Assembly (NCBI GenBank): GCA_963727485.1
Contig: CAVSGM010000002.1
Span: 1,600,001 to 1,664,000, forward strand
DNA: 64,000 nucleotides
DNA from: an uncultured delta proteobacterium
Lineage (GTDB): Bacteria > Myxococcota > Myxococcia > SLRQ01
Direction of reading: 5' to 3'
This document shows positions 32,026 through 42,854 of this stretch, piece after piece (the first letter of the stretch is position 1; each line of letters opens with the position of its first letter). The notes under the pieces are model-generated. The model was not told where the DNA came from. It made no database searches and saw only the letters and a program-made list of their open reading frames with translations. A program made the position numbers and the translations under genes.

Positions 32026-32783
32026 CCGGAGGCGAGGGTCCCCGGGTCGAGCCACTCCATCTCAGGAACGTGCGCCGTGCCGGCGTCCGCGCCGGGGCGG
32101 CGCCACGCCACCGCGAGCCGGTGCCGCGTGGTCGGGCTCGCCAGCTCGAAGCGCCACCCCGCGGGCACGTCCCCGGCGGCCTCGGTCATGGTGATCCCGA
32201 TGGGCCCGGACCCGGTGACGTCGAAGGCGAAGCTGCGCAGGGGGATCGCCAGCCCCAGGCCCCGCGCCTTGATGTAGCTCTCCTTGAGGCACCAGTAGTC
32301 GAAGAACCGCGCGCGCTGTGCCTCGGACGGAAGCGACCGCAGCTCGGCGACCTCGGCCGGTGCGAAGAACCGGCCGGCGATCTCGGTGGTCCGGCCCCGG
32401 CGCCAGGTGTCCTCGACGTCGAGTCCCACCTCCAGGCCGGTGGCCACCACGCAGGCGATGAGCCCGAAGGTGTGGGCGAGGTTGAAGCGCAGGTCGAGGT
32501 CGGTGAGGCCCGGGGCGAGCTCGGGGCGGCCCTTCTCGCCGAGGACGAAGCGCCACTCGGCGGGCCCAGGCACTTCGGACGCACCCGGCTCGGCGGCCGC
32601 TGCCGCCCGGGAGAGCAGGGTCCGGATCAGCGCTCGGCCGAGGAGGTACTCGTGCCGCCGGCGCGGGTGGCGCATCCGGTCGAGGCGCGCCGCCTCGTCG
32701 GGCGAGAGCAGGGGACGGAAGCGCTCGGCGTCGGCGACGTCGGCGGGGTCCAGCAGGGTGACTTGGAGGCGGGGTGGGCCCAC
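32016..32783 (-). CDS. Sfp-type 4'-phosphopantetheinyl transferase
   Basis: LLSPDE, KGRP, FNLAHT, VGLDVE, WCLKESYIKARGLGL. Confidence 0.93.
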   Translation of the reverse strand: MGPPRLQVTLLDPADVADAERFRPLLSPDEAARLDRMRHPRRRHEYLLGRALIRTLLSRAAAAAEPGASEVPGPAEWRFVLGEKGRPELAPGLTDLDLRFNLAHTFGLIACVVATGLEVGLDVEDTWRRGRTTEIAGRFFAPAEVAELRSLPSEAQRARFFDYWCLKESYIKARGLGLAIPLRSFAFDVTGSGPIGITMTEAAGDVPAGWRFELASPTTRHRLAVAWRRPGADAGTAHVPEMEWLDPGTLASGQG

Positions 32784-32833
32784 GGCCGAGAGTCTAGCGC
32801 GTGACCGGGGCGGGTTCCCGGTATGCTGGGGGG

Positions 32834-33982
32834 ATGAACCCCACTCACCTACCGTCCCGTCCGCTGGCCCTCCTCGGGGCCGCAGGTCTGCTCGCCCTCG
32901 GCGCGTGCACCGCCACTCCCAAGGCGACGCCGCCACCGAGCGGATCGGTGACCGCCGGCACCATCGCCGCGGGCGCGGTCACCGAGGCCAAGCTCGCCGA
33001 CGGGGCCGTGAGCACCGCCAAGCTCGCCGACGGCGCGGTCACCGAGGCCAAGCTCGCCGACGGCGCCGTGAGCACCGCCAAGCTCGCCGACGGCGCGGTC
33101 ACCGCCGCCAAGCTCGCCCCGGACGCGGCGGTCACCCATCTGGACGGCCTCACCGGCGACGTGTCCCTCGCCGGCAGCGGCGGGATCTCGGTCACCGACG
33201 GCAGCGGCCAGATCACCGTGGGCCTCACCCGCCCCCTCGACGCCGACAGCGTCGGGGGCGTGGCGCCTGCGAGCCTCGCCCGGCGCGACCCCCACGTGCT
33301 CACCGTCGCCACCACCGCCGGCGCCGCCCAGTTCACCTCGATCCAGGCGGCCCTCGACAGCATCACCGACAACGCCACCACGAGCTACCTCGTCCGGGTG
33401 GGCCCGGGCGTCTACGGCGAGCGGGTCACCATGAAGCAGAACGTGGACATCGTGGGGGCCGGCGAGGACGTCACCCTGATCACCGCCGGGGGCGCGAGCG
33501 CGGCGAGCGACGCCACGGTCACCGGCGCCCCGGACGCCGAGCTCCGGGACCTCACGGTGGAGAACACGGGCGGCGGCGGCAACCACGCCACCGCCTTCGC
33601 CGTGACCTCGACCGCCTCCCGCCTCCGCCACGTGCGGCTGCTCTCGGAGAACGCGCTGTTCAACGGCTACGGCATCTACGCCTCGGGCAACGGCGCGACC
33701 GTGGACGCCCGGGACGTCGACGTGACCATCTCCGCCGCGGGCAGCCGGGCCTACGGGCTCTACGCGGACGCCGGCGGCCGGATCACCTGCCGGGCCTGCC
33801 GCATCCACGCCCCCAGCGGCAGCGGCGCCACCTCCAACGACGCGGTCTTCGACGGCGGCGGCGGCACGCTCATGCTCGCCGGCTCCCTCGTCGACGGGCC
33901 CGCGTCGGGGACCTCGAGCTCGGTGGTCTGCGTCGGCAGCTACAACACGAGCTTCGCGGCGGTGGGCAGCAGCTGCAACTGA
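32834..33982 (+). CDS. Lipoprotein with fibre-like decapeptide repeats and a pectin-lyase-like beta-helix domain
   Basis: LGAC lipobox; (GAVxxAKLAD)n; FTSIQAALD..VRVGPGVYGERV..IVGAG cap typical of right-handed beta-helices. Confidence 0.75.
   Translation: MNPTHLPSRPLALLGAAGLLALGACTATPKATPPPSGSVTAGTIAAGAVTEAKLADGAVSTAKLADGAVTEAKLADGAVSTAKLADGAVTAAKLAPDAAVTHLDGLTGDVSLAGSGGISVTDGSGQITVGLTRPLDADSVGGVAPASLARRDPHVLTVATTAGAAQFTSIQAALDSITDNATTSYLVRVGPGVYGERVTMKQNVDIVGAGEDVTLITAGGASAASDATVTGAPDAELRDLTVENTGGGGNHATAFAVTSTASRLRHVRLLSENALFNGYGIYASGNGATVDARDVDVTISAAGSRAYGLYADAGGRITCRACRIHAPSGSGATSNDAVFDGGGGTLMLAGSLVDGPASGTSSSVVCVGSYNTSFAAVGSSCN
32972..33121 (+). repeat. Intragenic 30-bp tandem repeat, five copies (60-bp higher-order unit)
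   Basis: Alternating GAVTEAKLAD / GAVSTAKLAD units. Confidence 0.92.
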
Positions 33983-34045
33983 CCGGCGTCGCCTCGGGCG
34001 GCGCCTGGCGCGGCGGGCGGCGCCAGTTCCCCGGCGCCCGCCCCG

Positions 34046-37000
34046 CTACCCGGGCATCTCCTCGCGCACCTCGGCGAGGAGGCGCGCCGTCTTCTCTGCC
34101 GTCTCCACCAGCTGCTGCTCCGAGTGGGTCGAGGCCAGGAAGAAGCGCAGCCTGGCTGCGTGGTCCGCCACCGCCGGGTACATGATCGGCTGGACGTTCA
34201 CCCCCGCGGCGAGGAGGCGCTGGGAGAGCATCAGGGCGTGCATGGAGTTGCCGGTGATCGCCGGGACCACCCCGCTCTCGCCCCTGGCCGGCCCGGTGTC
34301 CACGCCCCGCTCGACGAGCGCCTGGTGGAACACCCGGGCGTTGTGCTGCAGCTTCGCCACCCGCTCGGGCTCGGCGAGCATGTACTTGAGCGCCGAGAGG
34401 GCGGCCTGGCCGTTGGCCGGGGTGATGCCCGCGGAGAAGATGAACCCCGGCGCCGAGTAGCGCAGGTACTGGATGAGCTGCTTGGAGCCCGCGAGCCACC
34501 CGCCGCAGGAGGCCAGGCTCTTGGACAGGGTGCCCATCCAGATGTCCACCTCGTCGCCGTTCAGCCCGAAGTGCTCGCGCACGCCCTGGCCGGTCTTCCC
34601 CACCACCCCGAAGGAGTGGGCCTCGTCGACCATCAGCAGGCAGCCCCACTTCTCCTTGAGGCGCACGTACTCCGGGAGCGCGCAGATGTCGCCGTCCATG
34701 GAGTACACGCCCTCGACCACGATCAGCACCTTCTGGTGGTGGCGCCGCAGGGCCTGGAGCTGGTGCTCGAGGTGGGCCGGGTCGTCGTGGCGGAAGCCGT
34801 GGCGCGCCGAGCCGGCGAGCTTCACCCCCTGGAGGATCGAGTCGTGGATCAGCTCGTCGTGGAGCACCAGGTCGTCGGGCCCGAACAGGTGCCCGATGGC
34901 GTTGACGTTGGTGGCGTGGCCGGCGGTGAACACCAGCGCGTCCCCGGCGCCCTGGGCCTTGGCCAGCCCCGCCTCCAGCTCGCCGTGGAAGGGCCGCTCG
35001 CCGCTGGCCAGGCGCGAGGCCGACACCGAGGTGCCGTAGCGCTCCAGGGCGCCGGTGACCTCCGCGAGGATCCGCGGGTCGCCGGAGAGGCCGAGGTAGT
35101 TGTAGCTGGAGAAGTTCACCAGCTCCCGGCCCTCGACCACCGAGGTGTCCCGGGCGGTCCCCTGGTGGACCGCGAAGTAGGGGTTCTCCACGCCGGCGGC
35201 CTTGGCCATCCCCAGGCGCAGCTCCAGGTCCTTGACGCCCTTCCACTGGCCGGGGTCGATCCACTCCTTCTTCACCTCGAAGGGCCCGTCGTCGACCTCG
35301 CCGGCCTCGACCTCCCGGAGCTGGGCGACCACGTCCTCGGCGACGGCCAGCAGCGTGCCCTCGGCGTCGCGGATCCACAGGGTGCCGGTGAACCGGTCGC
35401 CCTCGGCGGGGCCGAAGGTGACCTCGGCCAGAAGCTCGCCCGCGGGGAAGGCGGCGAGCTGGCGGTAGCGGCCGATGGCCACCGGGGTCCCGGCGCGCTT
35501 CCACCTCGTCCAGGCCACGTAGGCCGACAGCTGCATCGCCGAGTCGATGACCAGGGGGTCCACCGTCCACCGGTCGCGCGGGCTCCCGGGGATCCAGGCG
35601 CCGGGGGTGCTGGTGCGGACCCGGCCCCGGACGAAGTCGTCACCGACCCCGTCGATGGCCACGATGCCCTGGAGCCTCGGCCCGTGGAAGGTGACCCCAC
35701 CGTAGAACCGCGAGAGGGGCAGGGTGGGCGCGGCGCCGCCCTCCCGCGGCCCCGGATCCTCGGGGACGTCGGTGAGCGGCCGCACCTGGGCGCGGTAGGC
35801 GAGGCTCCGGTTGCGACCGAGCTTGAGCTCGGCGGTCTCGCCGTGGACCTCGGTCACCAGGCGCACCGGGCTGTTCACCGTCACGCCCTGGAAGAGGCGC
35901 AGGTCGTCGACCTCGAAGCGCTCCGTGGTGGCCGCCACCTCGGCGAGACGGTCGAGGGCCGCGGCCAGCGGCAGCACCGGGGTCCCCTCGATGGCGTGGT
36001 CCAGCAGGTAGGGGTGGGTCTCGGTGGAGAGGGTCTCCTCGAGCTGCAGGCCCCGGAGGATCGCCGGGACCCGCCGGGCATGGAGGCGCACCCCGGTGGC
36101 CGAGAGGTCGCCGAGGAGGGCCTCCATCGCCACGTCGGCCGTGGCGAAGGGCGCGCCCTCCGCGCGCATCGCCTGCTGCACCGCGCCGGGGATGGTGTCG
36201 ACCATGGCGGTGCCGGTGACCGGACCGAGCTCGGCGACCGCGGCGGCGATGGCCTCGGGGAAGGCGCCGACCACCGCCGACATCCCGGCGCTCCCGGCGG
36301 CGTAGTGGAACTGCTGGCGGTTGCCGAGGCGGCCGGCCACCGAGCCCAGGGCCAGCACCCGCCGCACCGTGGGGCCGGCGGCGGCGACGGCGTTGAGCAG
36401 GCCCGAGATCTTCACCTGGCGGGCGAGGCGGCCCCGCTCGGGGTCCACCTCGGCCACCTTGCCGTCGGCGAGGACGCCGGCGGCGTGGACCACCGTGGTC
36501 ACCGCCCGGTGGGTCTCGGGGAGCGTGGCCAGGGCCGCGGCGAGGGCGTCGCGACAGGTGACGTCGGCGGCGAGGGCGACCAGGCGCCCGTCGCTGCCGG
36601 CGATGGCCTCGGCGAGCCCGCCCTCCGGGGCCCCTCGGCCGAGCACCACCACCCGGGCGCCGGCCCCCTCGAGGCGCCGGGCGAGGGCGGCACCCAGGCC
36701 CCGGGTGCCCCCGGTGACCAGGACCACCTCGTCGTCGCCCGGGGCGAAGGCCGCGGCGTCGTCGGCCGTGCCCGCGGCATCGGCCGCGCCCAGGGCGGTC
36801 TCGAGGCCCATCACCTCGCGGCCGGCCGACGAGAGGCGCACGTCGGTGGAGACGTCGGCGCTGCGCCACTCGGCGAGCAGCGCCTCGACGCGGACCTCGG
36901 CGGCGGTCCCGGCGGGGAAGCGGACCGCCTTGGCCACGGCCACGTTCGGTTCGTGGGTGAGCGACCGGGCGGCGCCGGCGAGGGCCTCGGCCCAGGGGTC

Positions 37001-40000
37001 GCCGTCGGTGAGGGCCACCACCAGCTCGTAGGGGGCGTCGCCGAGGTCGCGGAGCGCCGGCACCAGGGCCTCGAGATCGTCGGGGGCCGCCTGCTCCCCG
37101 GCGAGGACCGCGCCCACGGTCGGGCGGGGGCCGGCGGCGGCGCAGAAGACCACCAGGTCCGCGGGCCTGTCCCCGGCGGGGCGGCCCCCCTCGGCCTCGA
37201 GGCGGGAGGCGACCGCGGCCACCAGCTCGGCGTCGGGGCCCAGGACCTGGTAGCGCGGCCGGCTCTTCACCGGCCGGGTGTCCCCGGAGAGCGGCAGGGC
37301 CCGCCACACCGGGCGGAACGCCGAGAGCGGCGCGTCGTCGTCGTCGGTGGCGGCGCCCTCGCCCGCGTGGTCCCGGACGTAGTCCACCAGGACCTGCACC
37401 GTGGGCTGGTCGACGAAGAGCTCCTGGGGGATCCCCGGGAGGCCGGGGACCGCGTCGGCGAGGGCCTCGACCAGGTCGTTGACCATCAGGGAGTCGAAGC
37501 CGAGATTGTCGACCAGGCGCATCTCCGGACGGATGGCGCTTGGGGGGTAGGCCGAGGCCTTGGCCACCGCGGCGATGACGATGCCGGTCGGGTCGTCGTC
37601 ACCGGCCTCGGTCGTCGCCTCGGACCCACCGCCGGTCGCCTCGGAAACGCCGGCGGTCGCCGGCGCGCCCGTGGCGGCCCCGGGGGACGCCGCTGCGTCC
37701 GCGGCTCCCGGGTCCACCCGCCGCCCCGCCCCGGCCCCGCCGAGGTCGAGGGCCGGCTGGGGCGTGTCCTTGATCGCCCAGTACACCTCCCGGGGCAGCA
37801 CCGTGGGCGGCAAGAGCGCCGCCCGCGCCGCCTCGGCGGTGACCGGGTCGAGGTCGAGGTCGACCCCGAGGACGAAGAGCTGGCCGAGGCCCTCGAGGAG
37901 GCTGCGGCCCCCGTCGCCGTCGTCGGTGCCTGCCAGCGGCACGATGGGCGTCCCCTTGGGCAGGGCGCCCCGGGCGAAGGCGGCCAGGGGCCCCCCGGCG
38001 CCCACCTGGACGAAGACCTCGGCGCCGGCCTCGCGGCAGGCCTCGAGGGCGCGGGTGAAGACCACCGGCGAGGTGGCGTGGCGCAGGAACACCGAGCGCG
38101 CGGCGTCGGCGGAGGCGTAGGGCGCAGGGTCGATCCCCGAGGCCACCGTCCGCTTCGGATCGTGGAAGCTCACCCCGGCGAGGAGCGCCTCGGCGTCGAG
38201 GGCCGCGAGGACCGGGGAGTGGAAGGCGTGGCTCACCTCGAGGCTCACCGCCTTCACGCCGGCGGCCTCGGCCCGGGCGATCACCTGGTCCACCGCCTCG
38301 GTGGTCCCGCTGACCACCACCTGCCGCGGGTGGTCGAAGTTGGCGATGACCGCCCCCGGGACCAGGAGCTCCCGGGCGGCGTCGGCGCCGGTCATCACCG
38401 CGCACATCGCCCCGTGGTCCCCGGGCAGCTCGGCCATGGCCCGGCCTCGCCGGGCGACGAAGCGCGCGGCGTCGGCGGGGCTCACCACCCCGCCCGCGGC
38501 GGCGGCGGTGAACTCGCCCAGGGAGTGGCCGGTGACCACCGCCGGCTCCACGCCCACCTCCTCGAGGAGGCGGGTGAGGGCGAGGCCCACCGAGAGCAGC
38601 GCCGGCTGGGCGTGCTCGGTGGCGGTGAGCTCCCGGCGGGCGGTGTCGGCGTCGACGGCCTGGGCCCGGCGCTCGGGGTAGAGGAGGTGGGTGAGGGGGA
38701 AGGCGAGCTCGCCGTCGAGGAGGCGCTCCATCTCCTCGAGGCTCCGGGCCACCACCGGGAACCGGTCGCGGATCCCGGCGACCATCCCCGGGCGCTGGCT
38801 GCCCTGCCCCGGGTAGAGGAAGGCGAGCTTCGGCGCGGTCTCGGGGGCGAGGCCGAGGCGGACCCCGGTGGGCAGCTCGCCCGCGCCGACCTCGGCCAGC
38901 CGGGTGACGAGGCCCTCGACGGTGGCGGCGACCACCGCCAGGCGCGCGGGCTGGCGGCGGCGCCGGTTGAGGGCGCGGGCCACCGCGGCGACGGACGCCG
39001 GGGGGCTCTGGCGCAGGGCCCGGGCCATCCGGGCGGCCAGGTCGCGGAGGGCCGCCTCGTCGGGGGCGGAGAGGAGCACCAGCTCGGGGGCGGGCCCGGC
39101 GGCGGGCGCCTCGGCCTCGGGGGCGGCGTCGGGGACCGGCGTCACCGGCGGCGCCTCGACCTCACCTCGCCCACCTCGGCGAGCCCAGCCGCCTCGCGCT
39201 CGCCCCGGGCCCGGGCCAGCACCTTGCGGGCCGCGCCGGTGACCGTGGCCACCGGGTTCTCGGTCATCGCCCGGGCGGTCTTCCGGGCCACCGCCCGCAG
39301 CTCGTCGAGGTCCCGGACGGGCATCTCGGGGGTGAGCCGCTGCCACAGGCGCGGTGCGCGGACGTCGTCGAGGCCGTGGCCGTGGGTCCCGTGGCCGTTG
39401 ACCGCGTGGCCGTTGGTCCCGGCCACCGTCCGCAGGCTCGGCCGCCGCCCCGGTCCCCTCGAGAGGACGAGGTGGGCGTTGGTGCCCCCGAAGCCAAACG
39501 AGCTCACCGCCGCCACCCGCTCGTCGGTCTCCCAGGCCTCGGCGACGGTGGGGAAGCGGAACGGCGTCTCGTCGAGGGCGAGGTCGTCCCGGGGCTTCTC
39601 GAAGCCGGCCATCGGCGGCAGGCGCCCCTGGTGGACCGCGAGCGCGGCGCGGATGAGGCCGGCGACCCCCGCGGCGGACATGGTGTGGCCGACGTTGGCC
39701 TTGGAGGAGCCGAGGACCACGTCGTTCACCGCCGGCCCGATGGAGCGCATCAGCCCCCGGATCTCGGTGGGGTCGCCCACGGAGGTGCCGGTGCCGTGGG
39801 TCTCCAGGTAGCCGAGCTTCCCCGGGTCGATCCCGGCGTCGCGCCAGGCGTCCTCGATGGCCCCGGCCTGGCCGGCCTCCAGCGGCGCCATGGGCCCGTC
39901 GCCCCGGCCGTCGTTGTTGGTGCCCACGCCCTCGATCACCGCGTAGATCCGGTCGCCGTCGCGGACGGCGTCGTCGTAGCGCTTGAGGAGCACGATGCCC

Positions 40001-40800
40001 GCGCCGTCGCCCTCGACGAAGCCGTCGGCCCGGTGGTCGAAGGGCCGGCAGTGCCCGGAGTGGCTCATGGCGCCGATGCGCGAGAACACGATGTGGTGCT
40101 CGGGGGTCAGCGAGAGGTAGACCCCGCCGGCGAGCGCCGCGTCGATGTTCCCGGCGCGCAGGTGCTGCACCGCCTCGTCCACCGCCACCAGGGCCGAGGC
40201 GCAGGCGGCGTCGACGGTGAACGCGGGCCCGTGGAGGTCGAGCTCCTGGGCCACCGCCGAGGCGACCATGTTCCCCAAGACGCCCGGCGCCGACAGCGGC
40301 CTGGGCGGCACCACCCGCTCCACCGCCCGGGCGATCACCGAGGGATCCGCCGGGGCCTCGCCGAAGGCCCCGGTGGCCATCATCGCCGCGATCACCCGGC
40401 TGGTGAGCAGGGACCGGTACTCGAGGCCGGTGACCCCCATGAACACCCCGGTGCGCCGCGGCGCCTTTGCGGCGGTGAGCCCCGCGTCCTCGAGGGCCTC
40501 GAGGGCCATCTCCAGGGCGAAGCGCTGCTGGGGGTCCATGACCTCCACCCGCCGCGGGGGGATCGAGAGGGCCAGGGCCGGGAACGAGCGGACGTCGGCG
40601 ATGAAGCCGCCGGCGGGGGCGTAGCTCTTGTCGGGGATCCGGGGGTTGGCGTCGAGGAAGGCCTCGGCGCGCCACCGGTCCTTCGGCACCGGTCCGAAGC
40701 CATCGCGGGCGGAGAGGGTCATCTCCCAGTAGGACGGAAGGTCCCGGGCGCCGGCGAAGCGGGCGCCCATCCCCACGATGGCGATGGCTCGGTTGGACAT
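34046..40800 (-). CDS. Type I PKS KS-AT-ACP-KR-DH fused to a PLP alpha-oxoamine synthase (SPT/BioF-like) domain; frame break near 39142-39165
   Basis: KS DAACAS/HGTGT/GHT; AT GHSLG/HAFH; ACP GFDSL; KR TGGTRGLG/YAA; DH HAIEGTPVLP/DSAMQ; AOS SYNYLGL, YSMDGD, DEAHS, GTLSKSL. Confidence 0.9.
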
Positions 40801-40807
40801 GGCGGGC

Positions 40808-42578
40808 TCAGCTCCGGGCGGCGGTCTTGGCGCGGGTCCACAGGGAGCGCGCCATGTGCTTGGCGAGGGTTACCCGGCTGCCCGCCGCGCCGGGGTTCCG
40901 GGAGCCCTCGGAGCCGAGGGAGCCGGTGAGGTACTGCTGCCGGGTCTTGCGCCGCTGCAGCTTTCCCGAGCTGGTCTTGGGCAGCGCCCCCGGCGAAAGA
41001 CAGACGACGTCGGCCACCACCACCGACAACGCCTCGTGGACCTTGCGCTTGACCGCCTCCACCAGGGCGTCGGTGTCCGTCTCCCGGGTCTCGAGGACCA
41101 CCACCAGCTCCTCGCTCTGCTCCCCGGGGCGGGAGCAGGCCACGACGTTGCCCTTGCGCACGCCGTCGACCTCGCCGACCTCCCACTCGATGCTCTGGGG
41201 GTGGAGGTTCTTGCCGTTGAGGATGATGAGGTCCTTGATCCGGCCGGTGACGTAGACCTCGCCGTCCTTCAGGTAGCCGAGGTCGCCGGTGTGGAGCCAC
41301 CCGTCCCGGAAGCTCTGGCGCGTGGCCTCCTCGTTCTCGAAGTAGCCCGGCGTCACCGACGGCCCCTTGAGGCACAGCTCGCCCTCGCGGCCCTCGGGGA
41401 GACGGTTGCCCTGCTCGTCGAAGACGGCGACCTCATGGCCCGGGAAGGTCGTCCCGCAGCTCACGTGCTCCAGCACGAAGGTGTCCTCGCCCTCGGGCTC
41501 GACCACCTCGCCCCGGTCCTGGAAGGCGTCGGCGTCGACCAGGCGGGTGCGCAGCTCCTGGTCGATGGGCTTGAGGCTGATGGCCAGCGTCGCCTCGGCC
41601 ATGCCATAGGCGGAGAGCACCGCGTTCTTGGGGAGCCCGCAGTGCTCGTGGAAGGTGCGGGTGAAGGTGCGGATGGTCTCGGGGTGGATGGGCTCGGCGC
41701 CGCAGCCGAGGATCTCGATGCAGGACAGGTCCCAGTCGGCGAGCTGCTTGTCGGTCGCCTTCCGGGCGGCGAGGGCGTAGGCGAAGTTCGGGGCGAAGGA
41801 GATCGTCCCCCGGACCTCGTGCATGGTCTGGAGCCAGCTGTTCGGCCGCTTGAGGAAGCGCAGGGTGGGGATGAAGGTGGTGTCCAGGCCGAAGAAGGTC
41901 GGGGCGATGACGAAGCCGATGAGCCCCATGTCGTGGTAGAGGGGCAGCCAGCCCACCGCCCGGGTGATCCTTGGCGTCGAGCTTCAGGCCGTCGTGGACG
42001 ATCCCGTAGGTGTTCGCGTAGAGCGAGGCGTGGGTGACCATCACGCCCTTGGGATCCGAGGTGGACCCGCTGGTGTACTGGAGGAAGACGAGGTCCTCGG
42101 GGCTGATCGCGGGGATCTTCGGCACGCCGCCTTCGCCGGCGAGGCGCTCGGCGACCACCAGCTTCTCCATCGACGGCACCCGGTCGACCAGGTTCCACAG
42201 GAGGTTCTGGACCCGCTCGGAGGCGACCAGGATCTTCGCCCCGGCGCTGGCGAGGATGCGGGCGGTGCGGCCGGCGTAGGCGTCGAGGCTCCCCAGGGAG
42301 AGCGGCGGGTAGAGGGGCACCGGGACGATGCCCACCCGCACCGCGGCGAGGAAGGTGAGCACGAAGTCCTCGGGCTCGACGATGATCAGGCCGACCCGGT
42401 CGCCCTTGCCGAGGCCCAGGTCCTGGAGGGCGGCGGCGCGGTGGTCCACGGCGTCCCGGACCCGGCCGAAGGGGTAGAAGGACGGCTTCCCCTGGAGGTC
42501 CTGGAAGGTGAAGCCGTTGTCCGGCCAGGCGTCGGCGGTGGCGACGATGGCCTCGGAGAGGGTGGGCGGGCGTGCCAT
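40808..42578 (-). CDS. Fatty acyl-AMP ligase (FAAL); frameshift near 41962
   Basis: FLQYTSGSTSDPKGV, WLPLYHDMGLIG, PNFAY, YGMAEATL, TGDLG, GRIKDLII, PKTSSGKLQR. Confidence 0.9.
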
Positions 42579-42657
42579 GGAGGGGTGCTCCTTGGGAGCC
42601 GCCGGGAGCGGTCGAGGGCGGCGCGGGGCGGCGTCGGCGATCCCGGGGTGAAATTGA

Positions 42658-42778
42658 AATTCGTCAGACCAATCGGGCCCTTCGGGGACTCGAGGGTCGC
42701 GCTTTGTACCATACGCACCGAGCGGTCGGGAAGCCTGCGGACACCTGCCGGGAGCGCCCGCGAGAGGTCAGACCACAG
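42658..42778. promoter_or_regulatory. Two FadR-subfamily (GntR)-like operator boxes
   Basis: AATTCGTCAGACCAATC (42658-42674) and a GGTCAGACC palindrome (42766-42774). Confidence 0.6.
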
Positions 42779-42818
42779 GCTCCCCGGAACCGGGGATCCC
42801 CGCGTCCTCCGTGCTCAG

Positions 42819-42846
42819 TTGACTTCGAGAATCTTTCGTCTAGCTT
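42819..42846 (+). promoter_or_regulatory. Sigma70-type promoter, probably near-leaderless
   Basis: TTGACT-N16-TAGCTT, 8 nt before ATG 42855; no SD. Confidence 0.6.
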
Positions 42847-42854
42847 GACCCGCC

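Noticed and set aside
18900..34000. Prophage or mobile island suggested by fibre-like genes
   Set aside because: No integrase, capsid, terminase, transposase or att repeats seen; the fibres carry host export signals
34005..34026. CTGGCGC/GCGCCAG hairpin as a terminator
   Set aside because: Short GC stem with no U-tract; expected by chance
34046..35300. bioF / biotin synthesis
   Set aside because: Fused to a PKS, no other bio genes nearby, and YNYLG/GTLSK motifs look more SPT/RkpG-like
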